A stretch of 63,806 nt of DNA, the filler included, from Trichomonas gallinae (Eukaryota), in the NCBI GenBank assembly GCA_008369845.1. It is 6 parts of 6 records of this genome, joined end to end, with 100 filler letters (N's around TTAATTAATTAA, not from the genome) between each part and the next. Parts side by side here need not be neighbours in the genome. Positions count along the whole stretch, not along the records: positions 20,780 to 42,752 come from MRSU01000014.1; 5 more parts are not named here. One strand, given 5' to 3'. The position numbers and the translations under genes are program-made. The stretch's first letter is position 1; every line of letters begins with the position of its first letter. Below are positions 21,669 through 33,758 of the stretch, in pieces. The notes under the pieces are model-generated. The model had not been told where the DNA came from and made no database searches. It saw nothing but the letters and a program-made list of their open reading frames with translations.

Positions 21669-22130
21669 ATGAATGCTTTGTCTTGTGGAGTGAAAGTTCC
21701 ACCAGAGTTTTGGTTGCTGAATTGCTATGACAAGCAGCAGTATTTGCAGCTGCAACTCACGTTCTGTCAAAGGTTTACTAAAATTAGAAGAAATAGCAAA
21801 GTTGGGAGATTTAACGAAGCACTGGATATAATCAGGAGATGGGCAATACGTGGAGATGCAGAGGATCAGCGTAGATGTTTAGCGTGCGGAATCTTATGGT
21901 TCGAGCAAGAAATTGCAATAAATACTCAGCAACTCAAATATCTACTGTTCAAGTGTAAGTCATCTATTAACTCTACACTTCACGACAGCGGATTTCAGCC
22001 AGCTCCGAGAGAAGCATTTGTAAAATTGCTTGACAGAAGCTATCCACTGCTTAAAAGAAATATCGGTGAGATAAGAAAATGGACTCTGAGAACTTATGGT
22101 TTGCCTCAGAGATTAAGTTCAAATGCATGA
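21669..22130 (+). CDS. Initiator-binding domain (IBD, IBP39-like) protein
   Basis: RGDxEDxxRCLxCGIxW, IAINTQQLKxLLxKCKSSIN and RKWTLR match the trichomonad IBD family. Confidence 0.85.
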   Translation: MNALSCGVKVPPEFWLLNCYDKQQYLQLQLTFCQRFTKIRRNSKVGRFNEALDIIRRWAIRGDAEDQRRCLACGILWFEQEIAINTQQLKYLLFKCKSSINSTLHDSGFQPAPREAFVKLLDRSYPLLKRNIGEIRKWTLRTYGLPQRLSSNA

Positions 22131-22523
22131 TTCGATTAGCGAGTTTGTATGTATTTGTTCTTTTATTTTTACATGATATAATAAAGGTATAATATAGGTT
22201 TAGAAACTTTCCAAACTTATTTTAAAATTCTTCAATATAAATCCGTTAATTATTGTTTGAGATTTCATACTATTAAATAATATAAGAAAATAGTGTTAAT
22301 CTCCTCTGCTTAAGTTCAAATACAACTCTTTTGATTTTCATATAAATTTTATAAATCATTCGAATGATAATTTACATTCGAAATAAATTGCATAACATCA
22401 GCAATTGCATAACTTAATCTACAGAAGTCGAGACCAATAAAATTATGACAAGTAATATAATTTACATGTCAAATATATAAATTTCTAAAATATTTACTAT
22501 ATTTTTTACAATAAAAAAAAAAA

Positions 22524-24979
22524 TCAATCATCATCGAATTCGTCATCATCATCAAACTCATTGTCGTCGTGATGCTCATCTTCGCTGGGATTCATATCTA
22601 TCTGGTGTTGTTGTTTCTTGTATTCTTCATCATTGTATTGGGATGGTTCTTCTTCCTCTTCCTCTTCTTCTTCTTCAACATCTCTATATTGCATAGCCTC
22701 TCTCTCGGCCTGTCTGAACTCTTCATCATCATCGCCGTAAACGGCTCCTTCTCCGTTGTAATCTTCTTCCATGTCTTCTTCTTCCTCTTCTTCATCTCTC
22801 ATTTTATCTGAGTTGTCTTCTTGATCTTCTATTTTAACTGGCTGCATCCTCCTCAAGTCAGGGGCCGCGTGAATGCTGCCTGATGCTGTCCTGAGTATTG
22901 CTCCGTATCCATTCTGCTGCTGTTGTGCGTTTCTCCTCCTCGGCATCATTTCTTCTTGCTTTCTCGCGATGAATTCGACGATTTCGCTGTTGTCGTTGTT
23001 CCTGGCTATATCAACTGGCCTCATTCCTTTCTTCGTGATGATGTCAAGCTTGAGCTTCTGCTCCAAAATCTTCATCACTTCAGGTGTCCTCAACAAAGCG
23101 GCGAAGTGCTGAGGACCCCAGCCATCAATGTCAGAGACTGTCAAATCAATCTTAGGATGAGACAACAGAACTTGGACCACATCTGCCATGCCTTCTCTTG
23201 ACGCCTTCATTAACGCAGTTCTTCCATTATTGTCAGCGAGATTTGGATCCCAGTCGCCTGTCGAGAAGATCTCTTGGATGACATCTTTCAGCCAGTTCGA
23301 AATCGCGAGCATCAAGGGAGTCTCTCCTGCATCATTTTGCGCGTTAATTTCGACTTCCCTCTTTCTTATCAATGTTTTCGCGAATTCTCTGTGTCCACCG
23401 AATATAGCAAGATGAAGTGGAGTGTTTCCATCATTGTCAAAGACGCCGAAGTCTATGTCAGAGACACTCGAGAAGAACTGGAGTGAATCCAATCTACCCC
23501 AGCTCGATGCAACAGCAAGCGGGCATCTTCCTTTGTGATTCGCTTTGAAGATAATGTCTGGATAGTTTTCTTGTATGAATTCGAGGAATTTCGTGTATCC
23601 AAGCTGTGCAGCGTAATGAGCTGGTGTCCATCCTTTGTTGTCGCACGCGCACATGTCATTTGCTGTCATGTGACTGTCCAAAAGTGTCATCAAATCATAA
23701 TTATCTGACATGACTGCGACAATCGGAAGTGTTAAGCCGCCATTAGCAGGAATGTTAGTGGCAGCTCCCTTCTGCAGTAAAAGCTCAACGCAGCGAATGG
23801 ATCCGCCTTCGCATGCAGTGAAAATGACACTTTTCTGGCGGTTATCGGTTGCATTGATATCTGCATTTTGAGCGGATGTTAGGACATTGAGGACGTCGTA
23901 GTATCTGTTTTGAGCTGCGTAGTGAAGTGGTGTCTTTCCTAAGTAGTCTTTTGCGTTGACATCAATCTTTGTTGAAAGAAATTCAACGACTGTTAAGTAT
24001 CCGAACTCGGCTGCGTAGTGGAGAGGAGTCTTCTTCCATCTGTCGACTTCTCCGATTGTATTTAAGCCTAATTCGAAGAGTGTCGAAATCACATTTAATC
24101 TGAAGTTAATTGCAGCGACATGATATAGTGTTCTGCCATTGATATCTGTATTTAAGAACTTGTCATGCGAAATCATTTGGTGGACTGTTCTCAAAAGATC
24201 AGCAGCTCCGTTTGAAGCAGCAAAAAGTAAAAAGTCCCAATGATTGTGTGTAATTGTGTCGATGCTCTGCCCAATTCGTAATATTGATTGAACAGCTTCT
24301 GCGTAGTTGGAAATAGCGGCCATATGTAGTAAAGATGCAAAAGAATCATATGAATCGAAAACGAAAGCTTTGATTCTGACTAAATATTCGACGCATTGGC
24401 GATGATTGTATTTCATAGCGTAGTGTAATGGTGTCCAAGCAGCAGCATTTCGCTGGTTTAAAGGATCTCCATTTTCATGGAGAGCCTGAAGAATCTGTAC
24501 AGATCCTACAGAAGCAGCGAAATGTCCAGCTGTCCATCCATTCTTGTTGTGATTTGTAAGGTTGCATCCCATTGCACAAATCGATTTTACGATTGCAACT
24601 CTGTTAAATTGCGCAGCTAAATGCAATGGCGTATTTTCATCGTCATCGACGAGTTCTGTAGTTTGTGTTCCATAGTTAAAGTAGTTAAAAATAGATAAAT
24701 TTCCTCCAGCAGCGGCAAAATGTAAGCAGTGTCTTTTATAATTATATGATGAATTGCAGTGTCCTTATAATCTATCGAAACCCGTGACAGAAAGTACTTA
24801 AAACACTTCGTTGCCCCGAAAAATGCAGAAACCATTAATGGTGAAGGGTCATTAAGCAGAATTGGATGGGCATCTTCAGCGAATATCCCAGCCAACGGCT
24901 TCTCTGACCGACAGGATAAGACATAGGCAAGGTCGTCGCGTCTTATTGCCTCGAAAACTTCGAGATCACGGAACGACAT
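22524..24979 (-). CDS. Ankyrin-repeat protein with acidic tail (about 812 aa), split across two frames near 24738-24754
   Basis: Many TPLH/TALM repeats. The 5' ORF (ATG 24979) and the main ORF join into a canonical repeat if 17 nt are removed. Confidence 0.85.
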
Positions 24980-25247
24980 ATTATTTTTTGTTTTTATTAT
25001 TTTTAGCAAAAATAGATATGGAATATTGTATTTCTTGGTAAATTTCGCTTTATCTCGTGATTTCAAATAGATTCGTTTTCTGACGTTTACATTTTTTCAT
25101 CAAATTACATGTCAAATTTGACACGTAAACTGTAAACGATAGAATTGCTTTGAAATTTACATATTTCTATAGTTTACATTTTTTGACAGGTTTGCAATGA
25201 ATTATACATGTTTTTCGGGGGACTCTATAATAAATATTTATATATTG

Positions 25248-25370
25248 TAAGGATGTTGTAATGTAACCCTCCCACATATTTTGCTATACATCAGGTAGCA
25301 AAGTGAGTTATAAAAGTTGATGTCGCAAAATTGATGTTGTGATACCACATGGTATTTTGCGATATCCTTA
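25248..25370. mobile_element. MITE with TA-flanked AGGATGTCGCAAAA-like TIRs
   Basis: TA|AGGATGTTG...GCGATATCCT|TA; homologous to 42501-42664. Confidence 0.65.
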
Positions 25371-25732
25371 TTTTTTTTGATGCAAATACTATGATTTCAA
25401 TATCATATTCAATATTATTATGAAAAATTTTATCAAAATCATAAAATAAGCTATTCTATAGTTGTAATATAATAATGTAAATTAAAAATGAAAAAATAAG
25501 CTGTATTATAGATAAAATTTAATATTATTTTATTAAAAATCATAAAAATAAGCTGTAATATAGATGTTATATGATATTATAAAATAAAAATCAAAAAACT
25601 CAAAAAATTCAAGCAATTCATTCAATAAATGAGATCAATAATAATTATTTCTATATCTATATAGTATAAGTATATCAAATGTGAATTTTGGAGAAAAATA
25701 ATAAACGAACTCACCTACCACATTGTGAAATA

Positions 25733-27346
25733 ATGGCTGCAAAGAAGTTGTCTTTTAACGGTTTCTTCAAGGATGGCACACGCTATTTCTCTGGCGTTGA
25801 CGAAGTCCTCCTCCAGAACATCGATGCCGTCGTTGATTTAAGCGAACTCACGCGTACTTCGATTGGCCCGAATGGAATGAAGAAGATTATCAAGAACCAC
25901 TTCGGCAAATTATACGTTACAGGTGATGCTGCCACCATTTTGAACGAAGCTGAAATCCAACACCCAGCCGCTAAGATGTTAGTCACAGCATCTCAGATGC
26001 AGGCTGAGCAGGTTGGCGATGGCACCAACTTCGTGTTAGTCTTCGGTGGTGAGCTTCTCCGCCGTGCTACTGAATTAGTCCGCGCTGGTATCAACACAAA
26101 GGATATCGTCGCTGGCTACCAGAAAGCCCTCGCTGAGGCCCTCCGCATCCTTCCAACACTTCAGATTCCAAACAAATTCAATGTTGAGGACAAGGCATCA
26201 GTCGCAGCATGCCTCAAGACACCACTCTCATCACATCAGTACTTAGACGCCGATTTCTTGGCAGACATCGCTGCTGACGCCTGCCTTATGGCCTATCCAA
26301 ATCACCAATTCAAATTCAATGTCGACAACGTTCGCTACGCAAAGTGCCTCGGTGGATCTATCCAAGATTCATTCGTTGTCAAGGGCTTTGCCATCCCACG
26401 TGAAGTTGTTGGCACAATCCGTCGCAAGGAGAACGTCAAAATCGCCATCTTCGCGACATCATTCGATTTTGCTGAGACAGATACAAAGATGTCGACAGTT
26501 TTCACATCAGGAAAGCAGATGGAGAACTTCGCGCTCTCAGAGGAGAACAGAATGGAGCAAATGGTCCTCTCAATCAAAGAAAAAGGCGTAAATGTCGTCG
26601 TTTGCCAGTCAAAGTTCACAGAACTCGGTATCCACTACCTCGAGAAGCACGGCATCATGGCCGTACAGCTCCCATCCAACTGGGACATCAAGCGCCTCGC
26701 TCGCGCCGTCAAAGCTGTTCCACTTCTTAGAATCGGTGCCCCAACAGACGAGGAAATCGGTACATGCAAGTCAGTCGAGGCTCGCGAGATCGGCTCTACA
26801 CCAATCGTCATTTTCGAGGCCGACGGCGGACTTTCAACAGTCATAATCCGCGGTGCAACACCAAATATCATCGACGACATCGAGCGCTCACTCGATGACG
26901 CTGTCAACTCGTTTAGAATCCTCACAGAGCACCCAACATTAGTTCCTGGCGCTGGCGCTGCCGAAATGGAGCTTTCTACACAAATTGCGAAATTCGCTGA
27001 GTCAAGACCAGGCATGGACCAATATGGCATCCGCAAGTTTGCTGAGTCCCTCGAGGTCGTTCCAAGGACAATCGCTGAAAACTCTGGCATCAGGATTTCA
27101 GAGTTCATGGCAAAGATTCGCGCCGCTCACAACAAGGGAGAGGCCAATGCTGGCGTAGATGTCGTCAACATGGACACAGGTGATGCTGTTGCACTCGGAG
27201 CCTGGGATATCGCTCACGTTAAGGAATGGGGCATGAAATTCGCCTGCGAAGTCGCCTGCACATTGCTTCGTGTCGATCAGATCTGTATGGCCAAGAAGGC
27301 TACAGGCCCAGCTCCACGTTCCATGGGCGCTCGCGATGAGGATTAA
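25733..27346 (+). CDS. CCT8: Chaperonin TCP-1/CCT subunit theta
   Basis: RTSIGPNGMKK, VGDGTN (theta-type), IIRGAT, ERSLDDAVN, LRVDQI; high-expression codon bias. Confidence 0.95.
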   Translation: MAAKKLSFNGFFKDGTRYFSGVDEVLLQNIDAVVDLSELTRTSIGPNGMKKIIKNHFGKLYVTGDAATILNEAEIQHPAAKMLVTASQMQAEQVGDGTNFVLVFGGELLRRATELVRAGINTKDIVAGYQKALAEALRILPTLQIPNKFNVEDKASVAACLKTPLSSHQYLDADFLADIAADACLMAYPNHQFKFNVDNVRYAKCLGGSIQDSFVVKGFAIPREVVGTIRRKENVKIAIFATSFDFAETDTKMSTVFTSGKQMENFALSEENRMEQMVLSIKEKGVNVVVCQSKFTELGIHYLEKHGIMAVQLPSNWDIKRLARAVKAVPLLRIGAPTDEEIGTCKSVEAREIGSTPIVIFEADGGLSTVIIRGATPNIIDDIERSLDDAVNSFRILTEHPTLVPGAGAAEMELSTQIAKFAESRPGMDQYGIRKFAESLEVVPRTIAENSGIRISEFMAKIRAAHNKGEANAGVDVVNMDTGDAVALGAWDIAHVKEWGMKFACEVACTLLRVDQICMAKKATGPAPRSMGARDED

Positions 27347-28185
27347 ATTCCAAAAAAATCTCTTTTTTATATTGAATGATGCTCGATATATTAATAAATT
27401 TTGAAAAATATTATTGATTTCACTTCTTTTCCTTCAAAAAACCAACAATATTTATTTATCATTGTAAATTCACAAATCATTTAATTTAATTACCAAAAAA
27501 CATCAATTTATCTTAATGACATGCATATTTTACAATAACAATTGTTGAATATCAAAGAATTTTTTATTGAAGAAATTTTTTGTTTGATAATGATGTGATT
27601 TTCTTTAATATTTAGTATCAATAATGTATAAATAATAGATCAATTATATCGACAATTGTTTAATTCGAATTTTTGATGAGTTCATTTTCCAAAAACTGAC
27701 AAGTGGTGTCATCATTTTTCACATCAATTTGATGAGTGTTAAAAATCCAGAAAATCAAGGTTTATTTTTTTGTTTCATCGAACTTACCATTAGAAGAATG
27801 CTAGAGTATGAAGAGATACACGTATATATCCAATAATTTCCTTGCTACAATAATCAAATGGACTGATATCATTAACTTTTCCAATCAGAGAAAATATATT
27901 GTTTAGCAAAAAAGAATTTTTTTTATTTTCGTGAAATACTAATGATTATTATGAGGTTGTTCGATACACATCAATCTTTTCAAATTCTGAAATTTTCTTT
28001 CATAAAAATCTAAAAAACAGAAATTTAGCGTGAAATAGCATTTTTATCATATATTAATCCTAAATAACAAAAAATTTTGAATCATAATAAATCATCAACT
28101 TTCTTTTTAAATATATATAATCTACTAGCAATATATATCTTATTTTACGCTAAAAAAACAAAAATTCAAACTCAAAAAATTAAAA

Positions 28186-31035
28186 ATGACTGTTTTTCCT
28201 TTAATGCTGAGCAAAATTCGGGAGAAAAACCTTCTTCCCGATGACAGTGATGACTATGCACTGAACTCTATACCAAGAGATTTCATCACTGACGCTGTTT
28301 CGGTCTTAATGAATCACATGGTGACTTCTAGCATGAAATTCAACCTAAAAACGAAGCGAAGGATTAGTGTATTCATGGAATTCTTTGCAATTACGTTTGC
28401 TTTAGATGCTAAATACGCAGATTTAATCGAATATGCAAATCAAACTTATCAAAGCTGGATATTAGACGCAAATTTCTTAGGTGATCAAGCACAACAGAAC
28501 AAATACTTTCGAAAAATTATCAAACATTTATCACTTGCATTTGATAATAAAAACATCAAATCTGAAAAATACTTAAATGTCCTTAATAGCATCTTCGACA
28601 CATACAAAATACTCGCGCACGAAAAATCCACCATGTTAGAACCGGAAACATGGCGAACCTTAATTATGACATTATTTGCAATATGCGACATGATCATGTT
28701 TTCTAGAGATAAAAGAAGCAGCCTCGTTGAGGTAGTCCAGAAACTATGCTCAAAGGCTCTTTTTCTCGTTTTTGAAATATTATTCACTTCTCCTTATTCT
28801 AAGGAATATTTCGATGTTTTCATGAAATTTTCATTCAGCTGGTCATCAGAACAGAATTACATACATGCATGGGGAAGCTGGATAATTCCTGCTTATGAAA
28901 TTATTATTCACAACGCGTTTAAATCTCCACGCTTAAATCAGCTGCTTGATAACGAGCTCATAGCATCTATATTGAGAATTGAAATCGGCAAGCTTCCAAC
29001 AGCTCTACAATTGATTTTTAGAGCAACTGATTTACAAACAGCCAAGAAAAGCGAGCAAGTCAGTATTACATTAGCGGAAGTTGCAAGAAAAGCCACATTA
29101 GTATCAATAGGCCTTTCAAAAGATATTTCTCATGGATTTATTCCATTAAGATATCCAATCAAGGCATTTTTGCATCTTTTCGGTCCAATTTTATTGGATT
29201 ACCAATGTAAATCACCTGCATTGTTAGATGAAATCAACAACATCGTTTTGATGATAATTTCAAATTTCGATTTTACTGGAAGCATAAATGAGCTTAGATC
29301 ATTAGTTCACTTGCTAATAGAACAATGCAGCCAGTCCCCATCTTTCATCAAGAACATAGTCCAAGCAATGTCAAGGCCAATCCCTGAAGATATCTTTTGC
29401 TCTCTCGGTGCTACTTCTTTAGCTACAGTTGACTCATTTGACTTCCCAGATCCAGACAACGAAGAATATCTAATTCCTCTGTTCTTATCTGCTTGCAATT
29501 CCACCAAGAAATATCAGCCAATGCAGTTCATGAGGTTATGGGACAAAACGAAGAAATTCCAGAGCAAACTAGAGCTGATTTCTCAGTCATTTTCTTTTGA
29601 TGTCAATCTTCCTCATATTATCATGTCCATGATGAACGATGACAGTGTGGACCAAGAGCTCGTTTTATGGCTCAGTTTAACCCTCTCCATGTGCGTGAGA
29701 GAAGACTTAAGGAACATGAGATACAACAATCAAGTTTTAGATCTTTTCATTGACTACACAATCAAAAATAAATTCGAAGGAGAAAATTTGGCAGTGATTT
29801 TATTGGCAGTTTTAGAATGCATTGAGTGGGGAATGAAGTCTACAGACAAGATGTCAAACTTAGTTGATTTCGCGTTTCAGTGCAAGGATGATAATCCAGC
29901 AGGAAATTACGCGAAATCTCTCGCAAAGTTAGTGATTTGGAAGAGCGCTGTTCACGAGCCACCAGAAGCGTTGAAATGCCAGCTCGCAGCAACAGAAAAG
30001 AGGGAAGACATTAATAAATACAAATACATAACAGTCGGTGAACAAGTATTATTAGCAATAACAAATAACGAAAACAAAATCGAGGTAATTGCAAGAGGAC
30101 CATTCGGCAAAGCTTCATTCGTTGTTGAAGATGATAACTATCCAGATGTTTTACCGCAGTTCTCTGAGATTCCGCCAGAAAGTCTTCCAAAGCCGCCAAA
30201 TGATCTCGTTGGAACTAAATATGATATTGACAGAGGCGACAAAAATAAACAACCATCACTTTTGATAAACGACGAATATTCCAAGTGGATGAAGAGGCCA
30301 GTGAGAAAAATACAAGGCGGACATGAGATTTCACTCCACGAGTTCTTAGTTAAGAGTGGAATCCTTACAACACACAACGTATTCAAAGTGAGGAGAATCA
30401 ATGATATGCAAAAGCTTTCAAAAGTCATCGAATCATTCCAAAGGACAGAAACTCCTCCAATACTAGTAGTCCCTGTAATGCACTTCATGCCGGAAGATAC
30501 CCACGTAAATGCAAACAGAAATAGAACAACGAAAGCTTTCCAAGATTTCTTGAATGGAATTGCGCCTGTTTTCTCTGTATCCTCTTCTGCTTCAGATTTC
30601 GTTGGATTGCCAAGATTTAGGAGCGGAATCCCTATAATACCAGCGGCTGAAAATTATATTGCTTTCGTTGCCCCAGAACTGGCAGCTTCAGATGATGACG
30701 CAAAGAAGATCAAAGACATATATGATCGCGCGAGAATCAAAATCATTTTTAATGAAGCTGATGCTGTTTTCACAGATCTTAAGAATGAACTAACTTTCAT
30801 CATCAAGCCTGTTCAATGTGGATGCTTCTTTGTTGAGACCGGTCTAAAGGATCAATGCTTTGCACCACACCAGTTAATGACTGCGAAGAGTTTTTCACAG
30901 GCTCTCGTTATTTATATTGAGAGAAGAATTCTTAGCTTCAATTTAAGCAAATCAACTGATGTCGTTTTAATGAGATCGAAAATTATTTCTGAGCTCTGCA
31001 CATCTCTTGCAGAAGAGTTCCCAAATTTTAATTAG
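28186..31035 (+). CDS. Ral GTPase-activating protein beta subunit-like (degenerate Rap/Ran-GAP fold)
   Basis: FMEFFAITFAL...YQSWI...KIIKHL...ETWRTL resembles the RALGAPB N-terminus; RGPFGKASF and FQDFLNGI resemble the GAP-like region. Confidence 0.65.
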   Translation: MTVFPLMLSKIREKNLLPDDSDDYALNSIPRDFITDAVSVLMNHMVTSSMKFNLKTKRRISVFMEFFAITFALDAKYADLIEYANQTYQSWILDANFLGDQAQQNKYFRKIIKHLSLAFDNKNIKSEKYLNVLNSIFDTYKILAHEKSTMLEPETWRTLIMTLFAICDMIMFSRDKRSSLVEVVQKLCSKALFLVFEILFTSPYSKEYFDVFMKFSFSWSSEQNYIHAWGSWIIPAYEIIIHNAFKSPRLNQLLDNELIASILRIEIGKLPTALQLIFRATDLQTAKKSEQVSITLAEVARKATLVSIGLSKDISHGFIPLRYPIKAFLHLFGPILLDYQCKSPALLDEINNIVLMIISNFDFTGSINELRSLVHLLIEQCSQSPSFIKNIVQAMSRPIPEDIFCSLGATSLATVDSFDFPDPDNEEYLIPLFLSACNSTKKYQPMQFMRLWDKTKKFQSKLELISQSFSFDVNLPHIIMSMMNDDSVDQELVLWLSLTLSMCVREDLRNMRYNNQVLDLFIDYTIKNKFEGENLAVILLAVLECIEWGMKSTDKMSNLVDFAFQCKDDNPAGNYAKSLAKLVIWKSAVHEPPEALKCQLAATEKREDINKYKYITVGEQVLLAITNNENKIEVIARGPFGKASFVVEDDNYPDVLPQFSEIPPESLPKPPNDLVGTKYDIDRGDKNKQPSLLINDEYSKWMKRPVRKIQGGHEISLHEFLVKSGILTTHNVFKVRRINDMQKLSKVIESFQRTETPPILVVPVMHFMPEDTHVNANRNRTTKAFQDFLNGIAPVFSVSSSASDFVGLPRFRSGIPIIPAAENYIAFVAPELAASDDDAKKIKDIYDRARIKIIFNEADAVFTDLKNELTFIIKPVQCGCFFVETGLKDQCFAPHQLMTAKSFSQALVIYIERRILSFNLSKSTDVVLMRSKIISELCTSLAEEFPNFN

Positions 31036-31439
31036 TTTATATTGTTATATCTTATTATTCATATTAAATCGGTGTTAAAGCAATATTTTTATATCATTTC
31101 ATTATTCCAGTTATTAATCCATGATACGCATATGATATTAAATTAATGCATTAATAATGAATGTTTTATTAATAACTATTAAATTTTTGCACTTAAATAA
31201 GTAATGATTTTCGAAATGCTTCTTGATAAGCAGATATGTTGAATTCATAGGGTAACATAATAAATTGAAACTGCTGCATAATATACTAAGAAAAACACGT
31301 TGTAAAACATTTTGTAAATCACAGAATATCAGCTCCTTAATATCGATTTTTAAACTTTGGAATTTAAAACTTTCCATGATATATTTGAATTTGACATTTT
31401 TCCTTAAAATTAGTTTCTTGGAGTTTGATCCTGTTGGCA

Positions 31440-31882
31440 GTGCCGAGTTCATTCCAGATATTATAAAGAATGATACACTTATCGAATTTCTCAATAAGGG
31501 CCAGTAATCTGAATATTGAATTGAGTTACGATGATTCACTCTACATTCTTGATAAAGTTCAGTCAAAATATAATATTGAAGACATATTTAAAGTTGTTAG
31601 CCAATTCGTACTGAATTAGGCAAAGGAGCTTATCAAAAATTATTAAATTTATCAGACCATTAGAAAAGGACAAAGATGCCATGTCATTTGCCATCAAAGA
31701 GAATTTTGTTTGTGTTAATTCAAATGATTTGTATCATAATATGATTTTTACTAGAGCAGCAATAGATAACAAATTAGATCTGGTTCACTTGAGGGAAAAA
31801 AAGTCAAAATACGGCTTTGATATGTGCATCAAAAAATGGCCATCATGAAGTTGACAAACTCCTTATTATAGATGATCTTTAA
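31440..31882 (+). pseudogene. Degraded ankyrin-repeat gene
   Basis: QNTALICASKNGHHEVDKLLI at about 31805-31870; upstream coding-like segments are broken by stops and frameshifts. Confidence 0.55.
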
Positions 31883-32351
31883 CATTGAAAATATCATCAA
31901 TCAATAATTATTCTTTCCATACATCAGATTTAACAACAATCTATTTAATATCAATTACTAATATTATTGCATGGCATTATATGAATTCTACAATATTCTT
32001 AATGTTTTAATTATCATGATTTCCAAAAGTTCATGAAATCCATTCATCTTTTGCTTTGTAATAAATGCTAACTTTGTTTATGACAGACGTTGAAATAAAC
32101 GGCAAAGCAAAAAATGACTTTTTGCTATTTCACGACTTTATTTTACGACTGTAACACAAATTTTTATAGGGTTGACTAATTCAATGAAAAAGATTCTACC
32201 AACAATAACATAGATATAATTCTTTCGATCTGGCATTATTTTTCATTAATGAGAACTGTTGCAAAATAAAACTCACAACTTCCACCATACAAGTTCAAAA
32301 GCCTAACACTTTCACAACGATGCTTAAGACATATCATCAAACATATCACTA

Positions 32352-32478
32352 AATATTACCCTCCTTTTCCATTTTTTTATTTTTGGCGATATTTTGTGTC
32401 GCTGATTTATTAATAGTATATTTTTCAAATTTTTTCATTGATAAATTTGAAACAATATTGGAAAAGGAGGGAAATATT
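32352..32478. mobile_element. Foldback/MITE-like element with 20-bp terminal inverted repeats
   Basis: aatattaccctccttttcca (32352-32371) versus tggaaaaggagggaaatatt (32459-32478), 19/20 match. Confidence 0.55.
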
Positions 32479-33116
32479 ATATCTAAAAGCAAACAATGAG
32501 AAAATACAAAAGAAACAAATCTTAGATTAACAACAACATGAATATCCTGGTATTATTGATCCAAAAAATATATTTTACGGACATAAAATATGCTAGTGTA
32601 TAACTCAATGATTAAACTTTTTGTTTTATAATGATACAAGTTTTTTTTTTTGAATTCCAGATCAAATTTTGAATGATAACATGAATGTTATTTCAAATGA
32701 CAAAAAATGAATACATGTTATTATGATTCAATTTATCAATTGAAATTTGATAATTATTTTTTCCAATGATTTGATTATAATTTGCAAGAAAAATTGCCAA
32801 AGTTGATTGATAAACGTCATTTTTCGGTTGTTAATTTCATCATTTTTATATAGCTGTGAAAAATCGATTCTATGAATTCCGAATTTTTTTTTACAAAACA
32901 AATCAAGAAATCGATAATACACAATCACTAAATGAAATGCATAAATGTGCAATAAAATCATTTCAATAGTTGATTTTAACGTTGCTTATTGAAAATTGAG
33001 ACATGGCCATTTTCTGTAATTAAAACATCTCAGGCTAAATAATATTTTTAATGAGTTTTCAAATCAACCCTTTCAAACGTACTTTTTCAATTATTGAAAT
33101 TCATTTCAGTAGTATA

Positions 33117-33758
33117 ATGGTGAAGAAGGAGAAGATTCTCCCGCAGGACATGGTAGAAAAAATCCTCCACTTGCACAAGGATGAGAAGGTCAGCCGGAAA
33201 CAGCTCGCTAGGATGTTTAAACTAACTTATAGAAAAGTTGCCGATCTTATTCGCTTCAGCAAGCTCGACAACATTTTCACAACAGCCGAAGAACAAAGAA
33301 TGAGGGATTATTTGATCAAAAACAGCCACAGAGATGTCACAGTTGCCGAGCTAAGAATATATTTCCCAAATAAGCCAGAGTATACCATCAGAAACAAGAA
33401 AATCTCAATTATGAAACAGCTGTTATGCTCAAAAAAGATTACATTCAAAAATCAATCCGGAAAATCTAATAAAACGCCAAATTTCTGCACAGTTCCAACA
33501 GATGTAAACACCAAGCTGAATTACGCAGCTCATCCACTAGAAAATGATGCATTTTTAAATCAAGATTTATTCACGGAAGTTAAAGAACCAAATAAAATAT
33601 TAGAGACTAGCTCAGATTTTCTTCCTGATGAAACGTATGATGAAAACAAAGAATCATCTCTGATTTCATTATTCATCAATGATATCGACAATTACATCAT
33701 TCATGGCATTGAAACAACACACAATAGTAACAACTTCAGCTTTTTTGACGAATTTTAG
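33117..33758 (+). CDS. Putative HTH plus Myb-like DNA-binding protein
   Basis: Inr at 33101; VSRKQLARMFKLTYRKV (HTH-like); FTTAEEQRM...FPNKPEYTIRNK (Myb-like); acidic tail. Confidence 0.6.
   Translation: MVKKEKILPQDMVEKILHLHKDEKVSRKQLARMFKLTYRKVADLIRFSKLDNIFTTAEEQRMRDYLIKNSHRDVTVAELRIYFPNKPEYTIRNKKISIMKQLLCSKKITFKNQSGKSNKTPNFCTVPTDVNTKLNYAAHPLENDAFLNQDLFTEVKEPNKILETSSDFLPDETYDENKESSLISLFINDIDNYIIHGIETTHNSNNFSFFDEF

Noticed and set aside
26319..27108. Antisense and alternate-frame ORFs in CCT8 (likewise in OYE, delta-COP and the Furry-like gene)
   Set aside because: Expected by-products of codon bias in GC-richer coding DNA.
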